A stretch of 64,000 nt of DNA from Callorhinchus milii. Lineage: Eukaryota. A program made the translations under genes and the position numbers. The DNA is taken from NCBI RefSeq assembly GCF_018977255.1, contig NW_024704743.1, positions 15,750,001 through 15,814,000 of the forward strand, given 5' to 3'. Below are positions 62,672 through 64,000 of this stretch, in pieces. The notes under the pieces were generated by a model. The model saw only the letters and a list, made by a program, of their open reading frames with translations, was not told the DNA's origin and ran no database searches. The first letter of the stretch is position 1. Every line of letters begins with the position of its first letter.

Positions 62672-64000
62672 AAGACCATGGAGGGCTTTGAAGGTGAGGA
62701 TCAGATTCTTGAACTGTATCCTCTGTGTGATGGGAAGCCAGTGGAGTCGGGCGAGGGTGATAGGGTCATGGAGCCTGGTGTGGGAGAGGACACGGGCTGC
62801 AAAGTTCTGGATAATCTGCAGTTTATGGCGGGAGGAGCTGGGGAGGCCGACAAGCAAGGAGTTTACATAGTCAAGCCTCGATGTAATGAAAGCGTGTTTC
62901 GGCAGCCTGCTGTGTTAGACAGTGGTGGAGCCGGGCGATGTTGCGGAGGTGGGGGAAGGCAGAGCGCATCATGGCACAGATGTGGGTAGAAAGGATAGTT
63001 GAGGGTCAACCAAGACACCAAGGTTCCGGACTGGCTCAGTGAGGTGGAGTGTGCAACCATGGATGGTGATGCTGTCAGCGCCTGAGGTGTGGAGGCGCTG
63101 ATGGGAGCCAATCAGGAGAGCCTCGGTCTTGTTGACATTCAACTATAGAAAGTTAGCTCTCATCCAGGACTTGATGTCTGACAGACATTCTGTCAGGATA
63201 GCAGTGGTCCTGGAGTCAAGTGTGGAGGCAGAGATAGAGTTGGGTGTCATCCGCATACATGTGGAAGTTGACCCCATGTCTGCGGATGATCTCATCAAGA
63301 GGGAGCATATAGATATTGAAGAGGAGGGGACCAAGGACAGAGCCCTGAGGAATGCAGCACGAGACAGTGCAGGAGCTAGAGGAGAAACCGTTTGTTGAGA
63401 TGAAGTAGAGGCGGTGTGAGAGATATGATCTGAACCAGTCAAGGACAGAGCTGTGAAGGTTGAGGTGAGAGGAGAGGCGGTGGATGAGGATAGAGTGATC
63501 GACGGTGTCGAAAGGAGCATAGAGGTCAAGGAAGACGAGGAGGCAGAGGGAGCCCTGGTCGCAGATGGACAGAATGTCATTTGTCACTTTGATCAGGACT
63601 GTTTCTATGCTGTGGGCGGCACGGAAACCCGATTGGAGGGGTTTGTGAAGAGAGTGGCGGGAGAGGAAGGAGCGAAGCAATAGCTCATTCTAGGATCTGG
63701 GTGAGGAAAGGGAGGTTGGAGATGGGGTGATAGTTTGAGAGTAGAGATGGGTCTTGGGAGGGTTTTTTAAGGATAGAAGTAATGATGGTCATTTTCAATG
63801 GGGTGGGAACAGTACCAGAGGACAGGGAGAGGTTTATGATGTCTGTGAGTAGAGGGGCAAGGAGGTGGAGCTGGGAGTTAAGGAGAGAGGTAGGGATGGG
63901 GGTTGAGAGTTCAGGTGTTCGGTTTTATGTGGGTTATAGTGGTGATGAGAGAGGAGTTGGAGACAGGTTCGAAGGTGTGGAGGGAGGGATGGGTAGGGGC
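62672..64000 (-). mobile_element. L2 ORF2 including RT, 3' tail missing, runs off the window
   Basis: ORF 63216..63680 LQSGFRAAHS...[16 protein letters not shown]...[13 protein letters not shown] 62660..62857. Confidence 0.92.

Overview
Repeat-rich vertebrate non-coding DNA (intergenic or a large intron). The element spectrum suggests a cartilaginous fish, probably a chimaera; this is inference, not a database match. I found no host protein-coding exon, rRNA, true tRNA gene or CRISPR array that I can support. The window is dominated by: (i) 5'-truncated, decayed L2-clade LINEs of at least two tail lineages, best copy 59313-60680 with YADD; (ii) CR1-clade LINE fragments; (iii) tRNA(Ala-like)-headed SINEs with a Deu-like core and an L2-type 3' stem-loop tail, in young and older families; (iv) Penelope-type ends carrying hammerhead-ribozyme core motifs. 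The recognisable ORFs in the track are LINE pieces; the others are antisense to repeats, microsatellite translations or chance frames. The best leads are: a 108-bp hammerhead-core mini-element with a 14-bp target duplication; a three-level nested insertion that splits a hammerhead, next to a templated inverted copy of local DNA; a CR1/L2 chimera joined at the homologous RT motif; an RT relic unlike the resident L2/CR1; an unclassified repeat found twice as convergent pairs; and two foldback/cruciform elements. None of these is demonstrated to be a new biological system. Repeat boundaries are by-eye estimates (tens of bp) unless a target-site duplication (TSD) is quoted.
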